In this document: piece by piece, positions 27,245-40,304 of the stretch | Layout of the letters: the number at the start of each line of letters is the position of its first letter | Position numbering within the stretch: position 1 is the first letter of the stretch | From: Heterodontus francisci | Taxonomy: Eukaryota | Reading direction: 5' to 3' | Assembly: GCF_036365525.1 (NCBI RefSeq) | Contig: NW_027141721.1 | Location: 248,001 to 312,000, forward strand | Length of the DNA: 64,000 bases | Notes under the pieces: generated by a model | Told to the model about the DNA's origin: nothing | The model's input: the letters and a program-made list of their open reading frames with translations, nothing else | Databases searched by the model: none | Made by a program: the position numbers and the translations under genes

Positions 27245-28508
27245 CACAGTGTTTGAGAAAGCGGATCCGCAGCTGCATCAACCTGCAGCAGATGAACAGG
27301 ATTTCAGTGGTTTGAGTCTCACTGCTCATTTTCCACCTGCAGGGGGCAGCAGTAGATTGAAGGTCAGTGTTCATAACTATCTGTCAACCTGCCTGTCTGT
27401 CTCTCTATCTATCTATCTCTCTACCTGGTTATCTATCTCTCTGTCTCTCTATCTATCTATCTCTCTACCTGGTTACCTATCTCTCTGTCTCTGTCACTAT
27501 CTAACTATATCTTTAGGTGATTACAGTTTGTATGAACTAATTAAACATACTGCAGTGATGTAATGAATGACCATCTTTGCATAGATTTTCTATATATTGG
27601 CCAGTAGATGATGTGATGTGTTATCAATTATCTATCAAAATCCTCTATGATCTTCAATATCTGTATCATATCTACCATTAACCTTCTCTGCTCCAAGGAG
27701 AGAAACCCCCAGCTTCTCCAGTCTCTCCACAGTAACTGAAGTCCCTCATCCCAGGTACCTGTCTGGTTAATCTCCCTCTAACCTTCACTGCACAGAGGTG
27801 AACAACTCCCCAATGCACAGAAACTAACTCAGCTCAGAACCCTGAACCATGTGAGCACTGTATTACACTGTTCAAAGGCGAAACCCCTCTCCAGATAACT
27901 TCATCTCTGGGACACCTGCCTCCTGACAGCGAGTTCAGAAGCTGCTGAAAACTCTTTACCCACTTTCACCTCAGACTCGAGTCACATTTAATGTGTTCTT
28001 CAAAGAAACTAGCAGTTCAGACCAGTGAACAATTTCACACTTTAACTCCGATTCAGCAACCTTCAAGGAAGGAAATCCGCCATTCCTACCCGGTCTGGCC
28101 TATATGTGACTGCAGACCCACAGCAATGTTGTTGACTACTAACTGCCCTCTGATTTGGCCCAGCAGGTGTTCCCGAAGATGGTTCACCACCACCAACTCA
28201 AGGGCAATAAGGGATCGGCACACTCTCTGGGTATAGAGGGGTGTTTCCCTGAATTCTACTCTATCAAATCCCTTTCTGAAATGTGAACACCTCTATTCAA
28301 TCTCCCCCTATCCCCTTGTGTTGTCTCATTCTACGACATTGCTATGTAAAGTAATGGGGTGGAGCAGAGTGTCGCAGTAAGTGACTGCCAATCACAATGA
28401 CAACCGGATGCTGGGTATTTAATTGAACACAATATAGAAACCGACTGCAAGTGTGTTGTTGAAAACTCCACACGTTCACACATCGAGTTAGTATCGAATG
28501 AAGAAATC

Positions 28509-29176
28509 ATGTTGCATGAAGTTCTCTGTCTAATCTTGATGGCTGCATTCTTCCCACGTAAGTCAAAGTCTGAAACTGTAGAATAATGTATTGTAATGTC
28601 AGCGGTGATTCTGTTCTGGAACACTCCTGTGTCTGACTCTCACTCCAGAACACTTCAGCTCAAAGTCAGGGCTGACAACTCAGGTGTCAGGACTGAGGGA
28701 GTGTTGCACTTCCGCAGAGGCAGTGCTGAGGGAGTAACTACATTGGTTGCAAAGCCCTTTCTGAGGTCCTGAGGTCCTGAACGGCGCTAAATTAATGTAA
28801 TCCCTCTCTTTCTGATAATGCAGCCCCTGCTCCAATCCATTATAGACTGAAATAATAATTTAATCGATGTTCCATTCCACAGGAATACTCGCCTCCTATG
28901 TGGAACAGTCACCCTCTATCCTATCGATTGCTGCAGGAGAGTCGACAACACTCAGATGCACGCTGACCAATACTGCATATTACTATATGTACTGGTACAG
29001 ACAACAACCAGACAGGGCACTGGAAGCTCTGTTCTATTCTGCTACAGAAGGGTCTGTCACTAATTACACGTCCGAGTCATTTCAGGCAGTCAGAGCCAGC
29101 GATACACTGTTTACTTTGGCACTGAGAGACGCCGCTCCATCTCTCACCGCTGTCTATTTCTGCACTTGTAGTATCG
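28509..29176 (+). CDS. TRBV: TCR beta V segment V11 (leader 28509-28557, V exon 28883-29176)
   Basis: Open V domain ending YFCTCSI; RSS CACAGTG 29177-29183, GCAAAAACC 29207-29215. Confidence 0.93.
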
Positions 29177-29234
29177 CACAGTGCTTGAGAAAGCGGATCC
29201 GCAGCTGCAAAAACCTGCAGCGGATGAACGGGAG

Positions 29235-29365
29235 TTCAGTGCTCATCGTCCACCGGCAGGGGGCAGCAGTGGATTGGAACTCAGTGCTCATCATTCACCA
29301 GCAGGGGGCAGCAGTAGATTGAATGTCAGTACTCATCTTCCACCGGCAGGGGGCAGCAGTAGACT
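29235..29365 (+). promoter_or_regulatory. Three 45-bp tandem units, each with a forward CTCF-like motif
   Basis: CCGGCAGGGGGCAG 29253-29266, CCAGCAGGGGGCAG 29298-29311, CCGGCAGGGGGCAG 29343-29356, compared with consensus CCASYAGRKGGCRS. Confidence 0.7.
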
Positions 29366-29739
29366 GACTGCTCATTTACTGGAACCAGATCAATGAATCA
29401 TCTTGGATAACAGCACAGAAGGAGACCATTCGGCCCATCTTCCCCGTACTGGCTTATTTGAAAGAACTTCCAGTTAATGCTCTTCCCCCCTGCTACTTCC
29501 CCATCGCCATGCACATTGATTCCATTCACGTGTGCAATCCATTGCCTTTTGAACGTTCTTGTTCAAAGTGCTTCCAACACCCTTTCAGACAGTGCTCGCC
29601 ACATCATAACAACTCGCTGCTTAAATAAATCATCACAACTCCCTCCTCCTCCCACTAATTCATCTGCCAGTTACATTTAATCAATGTCTCCTGGTTGCCT
29701 TCTGCCTATAGAAGCAGCTTCTGTTCATTTACATTAAAA

Positions 29740-30300
29740 AAAAACATTCTTTATTGAGATGTGAGCATCGCTGACCAGTCCAACATTTGCTATCCATCCC
29801 AAATTGCCCTTGAGAAGGTGGTGGCGAGCTGCCTTCTTGAACCACTGCAGTCCATGTGGGGTAGGTCCACCCACAGTCCTGTTAGGAAGGGAGTTCCAGG
29901 ATTTTGACCCAGAGACAGTGAAGGAACGGTGAGGAAGTTCCAAGTCAGGATGGCATGTGGCTTGAAGGGGAACCTGCAGGTGGTGATGTTCCCATGCATC
30001 TGCTGTCCTTGTCCTTCTAGGTGGCAGAGGTCGCGGGTTTGGAAGGTGTTGTCGAAGGAGCCTTTGGGAGTTGCTGCAGTGCATTTTGTATATAGTCCAC
30101 ACTGCTACCACAGTGCGTTGGTGATGGAGGGAGTGAATGTTTGTGGATAGGGTGCCAATCAAGTGGGCTGTTTTGTCCTGGATGGTGTCGACCTTCTTCA
30201 GTGTTGTTGGAGCTGCAATCGAGTGGAGAGTATTCCAACACACTCCTGACTTGTACCTTATAGATGGTGGACAGGCTTTGGGGAGTCAGGAGGTGAGGTA
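29740..30300 (-). mobile_element. CR1/L2-clade LINE 3' fragment
   Basis: Reverse-complement homolog of 3990-4520. Confidence 0.75.
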
Positions 30301-31544
30301 CTCAAGACTCAACGTGCGCTGCCTGAGTGGATAGAACTCTCCTCTCTGAGTTAGAAGGACCCACTCCACAGACTGGAGCCAATGAAAAGGCTGACACTTT
30401 AGTGCCAAAAAACTGCAGGTAAGTCAAAACAAATCCACCGACCAAAAATTTCGGACACAAATGCATATTTCACACTATTTCCTCTGATTAAGCAGAATTA
30501 ACGCACACAATTTTGAATGCAGCACAAACGCCACTAATTGATGCTAAACCCTTTATAAAAAGCCTGGTTTGGCCTCAACTGGTGTAGCGCGTCCACTTCT
30601 GTACATGACATTGTAGGGAGGATGGAGAGGGTGCAAAGGAGATTTAAGAGGAGGTGACCGGGCGTGAGGGATTTCAGCGAAGCTGTTCATTGGAACAGAC
30701 AAGTTTACAAAAAGTCCCAGAGCCCAATCCAGAAGGTCAGGGGTGCGATGATGGAACCCGCCACTGCTCATTCAATCCACACACTTTGGAATGTTTCCCA
30801 TTTCATCCATGATCTTCCCACTTCATGGAAAGTGCATCTCTGGAATAGTTAACTTGTCACCCCCACTCCTGGTCTAACCTTTAACATTTCCATGTTACCG
30901 AGTCCTGATGGATATTTAAGAAAGATAGTGAACATTTGCTCTTGTAACATCTCAGCTTTTCTGAAATGACCCTTCCAGCAATGCACACATCCCATCACTG
31001 AATACATTCAGATACAATTGGAAGTGAGCAAGCTTGATAATGATGGTGGAGTGAGCATCTCTTTATGGTGATGAGGCTGCTGAGGGTGAGGTTGACACAG
31101 ATACTGGCGGTCGGGACGAGGGTGATAATGTGGCCTCAGATGGTAATGATGAATGTGAGGATGGTGTCAGGATGAATGCGGTGATGATCATGGGAGTACT
31201 GAAGGTATTGATGATCCCAACACACCCGCCCATTTAATCACCTCTCCACCACAGAAGATAGTTTACATCACATTTGCTCCCTTCCTTTCTGCAACTTTCA
31301 AAGACATGAAACAGAACTGCAGGCCCAGAAACCGATGAGCTGGGGCTCAAACATTGGTTTGACTCCCCAGAAATGACGAGTCCTCGGTGAGCCCAAGAGC
31401 AAAGAAAGAAAGCTTGGATCCGCCTAGGAAAATGTTGAAGATGAAGCTGTAAATTCCAGTCAGTACCCAGAACTTTTAGATACTCTCCAATAAAAGTGCT
31501 CAGTCATTTCATATAAAACCACACGGATCCTTCACCCTCCAGAG

Positions 31545-32497
31545 ACACCTGTGTTCTGGGTTGTGTTTAGATTAGATTAGAGATACAGCACAGAAACAGG
31601 TCCTTCGGCAAACCGAGTCTGTGCCGAACATCAACCACACATTTATACTAATCACCTATTCCTACCGAACATCCCCACCTGTCCCTATATTTCCCTACCA
31701 CCTGCCTATACTAATGACAATCTATAACGGCCAATTTACCTATCAACCTGCAAGCCTTTTGGAGCACCCGGAGAAAGCCCACGCAGACACAGACGAGAAC
31801 TTGCAAACTCAACACAGGCAGTACCCGGAATCGAACCCGGGTTCCTGGAGCTGTAAGGCTGCGGTACTAACCACTGCGCCACTGTGCCACCCATGTGTTG
31901 TTGGTGTTAACGGGTAAGGAGGTGTCTGAACTGTGAGGTTACAATGATGGACATGTGTCTCTGCTTCTCAGTCTCTGTCTGTCTTTGTCTCTCTCCTTCT
32001 CCCTCTATATTACTTTTTCTGTCTCTCATTCTCTCTCCCTCTGCCTTCATCTCTGCCTCTAACTGGTCCCCACCGCTCTCTCTCTCTCTCTCTCTCTCAC
32101 TCTCTCTGTCTGCCCACTTCTACCTCTTCTTGCTGTTAACAATATAGACATTGTCCATGGTTTTATCTCACTCTTTCTCTCTCCCTCTCTGTTTTACAGA
32201 TGTGGGGGCCGTGTTGATCCAACAGACTCCCTCTTCCATATCCCATTCCCCAGGCTCTCCAGTCAGGATCGAGTGTATTTACACTGAAGCAACAGCTAGC
32301 TCTGTTTTCTACTGGTACCAATGGCATCTGGACCGTAAGCCCGAGAACGTTTTCTATTCCGACCCCGCGGAACGGTCACCCCCTCCGGAGAGGTGGACGG
32401 TTACACCGCCAGGAGACCCAACAACACCCATTTTTACCTGGAGTCCTCCAGCCTGTGGGTGAATCAATCAGCCGTGTATTACTGTGCCTGGAGTTTG
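31545..32497 (+). pseudogene. TRBV: V pseudogene V12 (family A): ATG lost, leader split by a SINE, frameshift in V exon 32200-32497; RSS intact
   Basis: Flanks align to the V13 leader; ORF track shows the V domain split over two frames; CACAGTG 32498-32504, GCAAAAACT 32528-32536. Confidence 0.9.
31568..31893 (-). mobile_element. tRNA-derived SINE (HE1/V-SINE-like) with target-site duplication
   Basis: Minus strand has A box TGGCGCAGTGG, B box GGTTCGATTCC and (ATCTA)n tail; TSD TGTGTT at 31562-31567 and 31894-31899. Confidence 0.85.
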
Positions 32498-34589
32498 CAC
32501 AGTGACTCAGAAAGGCGCCGGAGTTCAGCAAAAACTCTAAACATTGAGAGAGCTCACCTGTGGGAGATAGACCTGTCTATCTGGGCTGTCATTCTATCAC
32601 TCTGACTATCTGTCAGTTTCTATGTCTACTGTTGAATGAACTGGCTCTTTGACAGAGTTGTCTAACTAGTTCCCATTCACTGACTAGTTCTCCATTGCAC
32701 TAATAAATCTCCCCTACATCTACTTCTCCAATTGACATCTGGAAGTTACTATTGGATGGTCTTTCACCGCCTTCAGTCAGTGCCCTCCACATGATAACAA
32801 TTCACTGAGGAGAAAGATTCCACTCATCTCCCACTCTGGTTCCTTTCCCAATTGCCTTCAATTCTTGGTCCCTGGTTTATCGACACTCCTGACAGTAGAT
32901 ACAACCATCTGGATACAGTTCCTCTGTCAAGACACTTCTGACAACATCTTTAAAATCTCCCCTTACCCTCATTACTCTAATGGACACAAGTCCATACAAA
33001 TAGGAAATGGTTGATCTTGGAACCTTTAATCATGTCTCTGATGATTCATACAGTGCAAAGGCGAGAAACCTCTCCAGATCCATCTCTGACTGGAACACCT
33101 GCCTCCAGACGGCGGCTTCAGCATCTGTTCAAAACTGTTAACCCACTTGTCTCTCAGTCTCTCGGACTCTTTTGAAGAATTTTCACATTCACTGGAGTTC
33201 AGTGCGGTGAAGAACTTAACCCTTTAACTCCCGTTTAGCACATGGGGGTGGTGGTGGGGGAAATGAATCTGTCTTGACCCTGAAACAAGGCAGCAGTTTG
33301 ACGGGTCTTATTGGATCATCGAATCATGCAGGACAAATCCAGGCCATTCAGCCCATCGATCCTGGCCTGGCTGTTCGAAGAGCGACCTCTTCCCATCTCT
33401 CTTCATCTTACCCTATCAACAGATTCTTCAATTACTTTCTCACTCATGTATTTATTCAGCTCCCCCCTAAACTGCATCGTCTCTATTCAACCTCAACCCA
33501 TTATTTTTGGTCTCTGATTCTCTTAGTTAATGAACCTCCTCCTGAATTCCCAATTGGATTTATTAAGGTCTACGTTACATTTATGATCCCTGGTTTTCAT
33601 CTTCCTTGTCCAATTACTCCCACTCCCTGTTCTTTCTGAATAACCCTGCACTTGATCTTGCAGCTTGTCTCTCTCCTTCCCTGCATTACAACAGCGACTG
33701 CATTTCAAAATATATTTGACTGGTTGAGGCTGGAGTGAAGCAGAGAGCCGTCGGGTCGAATGGCGCGGATCTGTGCATTAACTTCCATCTCGTTCTGTGC
33801 CACAAGCGCCAACACGAGTCAAGTAGGAGAATATAACTAATGACTGAAACAGGTTCAGGGTCTGACACTGAAACGCCTGCAGAATCGGTGCTTGCAGTTA
33901 CACCTGGAGCCACTAGGTGCCAGTGTTACTCCACTGCAGCCGCTGCCGAGAACATGCTCAGAGTGAGCTTTACCCGCAACAGCTCCACAGGTCAACTTGG
34001 CTGCTTCTGAAATGTTTCACTTCTCAACTATTTCACACAAAATATTCCGACAATGGAAAAAAGTCAATGATTTGATATAAGGTAGATTGAGCCTTTAATC
34101 TGATCGTTATGGGGGCATTAAGTGACATTAATATCTGTCCAACTTTGAAATATTTGCACCCAGATGCCAGTTTGTAGATTTCCAGGTTCTATTTTACAAT
34201 TACATTGTCCCAGGTGTTTGTAGGAAACTAGGAGAGAGCCTGAATGTCCATCGTGACTTTAGCACAACTCCCACATCTATCGTGCCAAGTGCAAAGTAAC
34301 ATTTCCCCCCCCACGCTCCCTGTCTCCAGGTGGAATAACGGGAGATCTGGTGCTCACTTCATGTGATTAAGTGAGAGACAGTTTTCAGAACAGAAGGCTT
34401 CACACTGACATGTTGAGATATCCACACTCCGCCGGTGGAGGGGCTGTATTAATCAGGTCTGTTTATTGAGGAGGTGAAACTCAGTATGTTGAGGTTTTAA
34501 GAGCATGTTTGCTTTTGCAGATCAGTGCAAAATAATAAATTAACAAGGAAGCTGGAGAGAGTTCACCTTCTTAGGCATTCCCCCGGGAT

Positions 34590-35170
34590 TGAGGATGACT
34601 TGCTTCCACTCCGGTTCAATGGGTTCTGAGATGGCTGATGAGTCCAGTGTATGATCTGCAGACTCTGTCACATGAGGGGCAGGTGGTGCTTGTAGGATCA
34701 GGTAGGTGAGTAGTTTGCAGGTTTGTGCGCTCCCTCCGATGCCTCGGCCTTACCTCTGCATGTTCCTGAAGTTCCTCGTGGTGTCCGATGCCTTCCCGTT
34801 TGTCCTTCCTCCGTCTGGGATGGTCAGGAGCCTGGGTCTCCAAGGAATCGACGGGGATGTTTCATCTCTCCAGGGATGCTGTGAGGACACCTCTAAAGCC
34901 TTTCCGCTATCCTCCTGGGAGTCTCCTGCCACGACCAAGTTCTGAGTAGAACAGTTGCTTTGGGGAGTCTGGTGGCAGGAATGTGAATGACATGTCCCAG
35001 CCAGTGGAGCTGGTGTGGGGTGTTTCGCGCCCTGACACGAGGCAGGTTGGTTTGGGAGAGCACGATGCTGTTGGACAACCTGTCTTGCCACTGGAGTTGG
35101 AGGATAATGCGGAGGCACCTCTGGTGTTACTTCTCCTGTGCTTTGAGGTGTCTACTGTCGGTTCTCCAAG
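34590..35170 (-). mobile_element. RTE (BovB-like) LINE 3' fragment
   Basis: Minus-strand peptides QLHWLGHV..RLPK and CPSCDRVCRSYTGLISHLRTH zinc-finger-like C-terminus. Confidence 0.8.
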
Positions 35171-36439
35171 GTAAGGTCAATGTGGAGGTGTATTTATGAG
35201 CAGTGACTGACGGGACAAAGCAGTTCAGAGTTATCCACTGTCGAGACAAAGAACCACACACAGACTGACCTCAAACTCACGTAATTTTCCCAAGAACTCA
35301 AAGAGCAGTGCCTCATCCACAGTTTTATCATCAAGAACCTGGGTTCCAAAATTGGAATTTGCACATTTTTGGTCTCCAACCTCCTTGGTTAAAACACACT
35401 GGGTGCACTGTCAACATTTCAGGTTTCCTCATACCTTGGTTCGACTTCATTTGGAGAACTGTGCACTGTACCGTTCTCATTATACATTGGTTAGATCACA
35501 ACTGGAGCATTATGCACAGTTCTGGAATCTATATACATTGGTTAGACCACATTTAGATCACGGTATAAATATAAATAGCAGTAAAGATCGAACAGGCTGG
35601 GGTCCTTCTCTGGAAATGAGGGGTGCCCAGATAAGAAGTCTTTAATATTATTAATAGGTTTGATAGGATAGACGTAGAGAAGATATTTTCACTTGAGGCT
35701 AAAGACCAGAATTATAAGGCATAAGATACTCACTAAAAATCCAAACGTGAATTCAGGACAAACTTCATTCCCCAGAGATTAGTGAGAATGGGGAACTCAC
35801 CACCACAGGCAGTGGTGGCGGTAAATAGTATTCAGTGGGAAACCAGTAGACATACGAGGCAGAAAGGACTGACAGGAGATGCTGAGAGGATGAGATAAAG
35901 AGGGATGAAAGGATGTATCTGTGGAACATCAACACCTGCATAGATCCGTTCACCTGATGCTGTGTTCTATATTGTCTGCAGTTCTATATAGTCAACGTCA
36001 GTATCTGAAAGAGGGGAGAAAGTTGGAAAGCCGATCTGGAACTTCCGAAGGAGTTCTACAGCCAATGAAGTGCTTCTGTTGAATTACAGGCATGTTGGTC
36101 TTAGTTTCATGGGGGATGGGAGTACAAGAATAAGGAAGTCGTATTACACTTGTATTGGGTCTTGGAGAGAACACACCTGGAGTACTGTGTGCACATATTT
36201 GGACAGGGATCCGAATGATCGGGCTGCAGATGTCAATGAAACAGAACTGCAGTTCCAGAAAGCGATTACCAGGAGTCTACCCCGGAAATGAAAGAAAACT
36301 GGGTCCCGCCTATCTGAATGATAAAGTGATGGAGAGGAAAGCTGTGAATTTCAGTCAGTGCCCAGAACTTTGAGATACTCTACAATAAAAGTGCTCAGTC
36401 ACTTCATATAAAACCACACGGATCCTTTACCCTCCAGAG

Positions 36440-37053
36440 ATGGCTGTCTCTCAGCTCTGGGTTGTGTTGTTGGTGTTAACGGGTAAGGAGGTGTCTGAAC
36501 TGTGAGGTTACAATGATGTACATGTGTCTCTGCTTCTCAGTCTCTGTCTGTCTTTGTCTCTCTCCTTCTCCCTCTATATTTCTTTCTCTGTCTCTCAATC
36601 TCTCTCTCTCTCTCTGCCTTTATCTCTGCCTCTCTGCCTCTAACTTGTCCCCAGCGCGCTCTCTCTCTCTCTGCCCACTTCTACCTCTTCTTGTTTGTAA
36701 CGATATAGACAATGTCCCTGGGTAAATCTCTTTCTCTCTCTCTCTGTATTACAGATGTGGGGGCCGTGTTGATCCAACAGACTCCTGCTTCCATATCCCA
36801 TTCCCCAGGCTCTCCAGTCAGTATCCAGTGCGTTTACACAAAGGCAGATGCTGGCTCCTATTTCTACTGGTACCGGTGGCATCCGGACCGTGATCCAGAG
36901 AACCTTTTCTATTCCAACCTCGCTGGAACGGTCATTCCCTCCGGTGAGGTGGACGGTTTCACTGCCAGAAAGCCCGACAACACCCATTTTTACCTGGAGT
37001 CCTCCAGCCTGTGGGCGAATCAATCAGCCGTGTATTACTGTGCCTGGAGTCTG
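36440..37053 (+). CDS. TRBV: TCR beta V segment V13 (leader 36440-36482, V exon 36755-37053), family A
   Basis: Leader MAVSQLWVVLLVLT, with TATAAAA upstream at about 36407; V ends YYCAWSL; RSS CACAGTG 37054-37060, GCAAAAACT 37084-37092. Confidence 0.93.
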
Positions 37054-38322
37054 CACAGTGACTCAGAAAGGCGCCGGAGTTCAGCAAAAACTCTAAAGGA
37101 GGAGGAAAGCACTTGTGGGAGATAAACCTGTCTGTCTATCTCTGTGTCTTTCTGTCTCTCTGACTATCTGCGATTTTCTGTGTCTCNNNNNNNNNNNNNN
37201 NNNNNNNNNNNNNNNNNNNNNNNNNNNNNNNNNNNNNNNNNNNNNNNNNNNNNNNNNNNNNNNNNNNNNNNNNNNNNNNNNNNNNNNNNNNNNNNNNNNN
37301 NNNNNNNNNNNNNNNNNNNNNNNNNNNNNNNNNNNNNNNNNNNNNNNNNNNNNNNCTCTCTGTCCAGTTTTGGTTATATTGCACTATTTATCTCTCTATT
37401 TACCTTGATCATATATATATATTTGCCATCGATTTATCGACCTGTCTCTCACCTTTCTAAATATGCATCCACCATATATCTGACGTTTATCATTTATCTA
37501 ACACCATTATTCACACCATACCAGTTTAATTATTGATATATCATGAATTGTATTTTGCTGATAGTTTCATCTTCTTGCTCTCCTTCGACTCAGAGTACAT
37601 CAATACATTATGAATTATTAACAATGCTGCAGCAATGTGCTCAGATCCTTCTCGTTCAGGCAGCCTCTACCTGTCAAGAACAGATTCCGAGGTGGGGTAA
37701 ATGGGTTCATGGTCCTGTTGAATGAGCTGTCGGTGGTTTATGACAAGAGTTACACATAGCTCCCTGTTGTACATGTCCCCAGTGATTCATACAATGCAAA
37801 AGTGAGACACCTCCCCAGATAGGTCTCTCACTGGAACACCTGCCTCTTGACGGTGGTTTGAGCATCCGTTCAAAACAGTTAACCCACTTCTTCATGACAC
37901 TGTCGCTTTTCAAAGTATCTAAGATTTCACCCCAATGTAAAACATAACCCTTGAATTGTTGTTTAGCACAGGGAAAATAAATTTTGATCTGCCTAATACA
38001 AACAAGCAACTTGATGCGTCTTATATATTTATAGAATCATACAGCACAGGCAAAGGCCATTCAGCCTATCGAGCCTGGCCCGTCTGTTCGAAAGAGCTAC
38101 CCTATGCAACACCAATCAGACACAAGCAACGAGAGCCAGATACAGACGGGAAGCAGTTCCTTATTCAAGCTCCTTTCGACCAGGGGGTGTTATTATTCTG
38201 TCATACCCAGAAGTGAGGGGTCAGAAGGAAACCCTGATTCCAGTGCTGTCATTTCCACTCTCTGCTTTATCTTCAGCCGCCTGATATTGATTCATGAACA
38301 GTTTCAGCCCCAAGTCTGCAGG

Positions 38323-38986
38323 ATGCAGTTAGTCAAACTCTTCCTAATCGTCTGCTCTCTTCTTCCATGTAGGTATTCATCCTTCATAAAGATACCTCTG
38401 CTAAAATACATGCTGTGTTTTCATTCACTACTAAGTTCTATCAAACTAGATTGATACAACATCATTGCAGTCGATTTTCTGTCATTTCTTAAACTACATA
38501 CTTTACTTTCACTGTAAATAATATTTACTTAATGAAATTGTTGACTGAATGGAAGTTACTTATATATTCGTGACGCTACTACAGCTATCTTTAACCGATA
38601 AGTTTGCCCTAATTCTGGGTTAATTTGTCTCTCTCATGTCACTTGCTACATTATTTTTCAGTCACTATATCTATCTGTTTATTATCTATATATCTACCAA
38701 TATATCATTTAACTATTTATTTTCTGCCTATATAGTTATCTAGTATTATCTACTTATCTATTTTGATAGTTATAGTTGGTTATCATATGTCACAATATGT
38801 TCTAAACTTTTTAAACTATTCTCCTTATTTCTCAAGGCAAAACTCTAGCAGAGGTGATACACCAGTGGCCAACTCTGGTGGCAGTGAAGAGAGGCGAACC
38901 AGCAGAATTAAACTGTTACCAGAATGACAGTAGAAAGAGTATTGTGCTGTGGTATCGGCAGTATGCCGGCAGGGGCTCACCCTAAT
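38323..38986 (+). pseudogene. TRBV: V pseudogene V14 (paralog of V2): 3' half of V exon and RSS deleted
   Basis: Leader 38323-38368 and exon from 38837 match V2; after ..CACCCTAAT the sequence jumps to the homolog of 3831; also a 1-nt deletion. Confidence 0.9.
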
Positions 38987-39149
38987 CCCCTGCAAAATTT
39001 CAAGGTCCTCGTCTGCACTGTTTAATTTCTGGCACTGAGTATGTTAAAACTGAGTCACAGTCGCTGTCCTATACTTGATTAATTAAAAGGTTAATTAATG
39101 ATGTAAATAAGACAGATAGTTTACATCACCATTGTGAAGTGATGTATAG

Positions 39150-39680
39150 AGTATCAATCATCTACAAGGCACAAGTCAGGAGTGTGATGGAATACTCTCC
39201 ACCTGCCTGGATGGATGCAGCTCCAACAACACTCAAGGAGCTCAACACCAGTCAGGAAAAAAGCAGCTCGCTTGATCAGCACCCCATCTAACACCTTCAA
39301 CACTCACTCCCTTCACAACAGTGGAAGCAGTGTGTACCATCGACATGATGCACTGCAGCAAAGCATCGAGTGTCCTTAGACAGCACCTTCCAAACCCACC
39401 AACTCCATCACCTAGAAGGGCAAGGGCAGTAGACTCATGGGAACACCACCACCTGCAAGTTCCCCTCCAAGTCATACACCATCCTGACTTGGAACTATAT
39501 CGCCGTTTCTTCACTGTCACTGGGTCAAAATCCTGGAACTCCCTTCCTAACAGCACTGTGGGTGTACCTATCCAACATGTACTGCAGCGGTTCAAGAAGG
39601 CAGCTCACCACCACCTTCTCAAGGGCAATCAGTATTGTGAAATAATTGCTGGCCTTGCAAAAGAAATTCACGTCCCATGA
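39150..39680 (+). mobile_element. CR1/L2-clade LINE 3' fragment (duplicate of 3990-4520)
   Basis: Sequence homology. Confidence 0.75.
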
Positions 39681-39989
39681 ACGAATAAGAAAAGATATAT
39701 ATATATAAGGTCTTCCACGACTTCAAGGTGCCCCAAAACAGCCAATTAACAACTGGAAAATGATGGTCAGATCCTCTGCTATCTCTTCTCTTGCTTTAAT
39801 TTTTTTTTATTCATTCTGGGTGCCTGGGTCTCAGAAAGTCAGTAGTTATTCATCATCACTCATTGCCCTGGAGAAGGTGCGTGATGCCTTGTAGATAACT
39901 GAAGAGTTTGCTAGGTCATTTCAGAGAGCAGTGTACTTAAAACACGGAAGCCAATTGGTGTGCTGCACCATGTCATAGGCAGCATAAAG

Positions 39990-40027
39990 AGGCAGATAGA
40001 TAGCTAGGAAGGCAGACAGACAGACAT

Positions 40028-40087
<60 letters not shown>

Positions 40088-40254
40088 CCGACAGATAGAT
40101 CGATAGACAGACAGATAGGTAGCTAGGATGGCAGAGAGACTGCCATTAGATAGATAGATCGATAGACAGATGGATAGATAGACAGACATTTGATCGATAG
40201 ACAGACAGATAGATCGACAGACAGACAGATTGGTAGATAGACAGATAGATAGAC

Positions 40255-40304
<50 letters not shown>

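Noticed and set aside
31800-31893. tRNA gene
   Set aside because: The A and B boxes belong to a SINE head with a tail and target-site duplication
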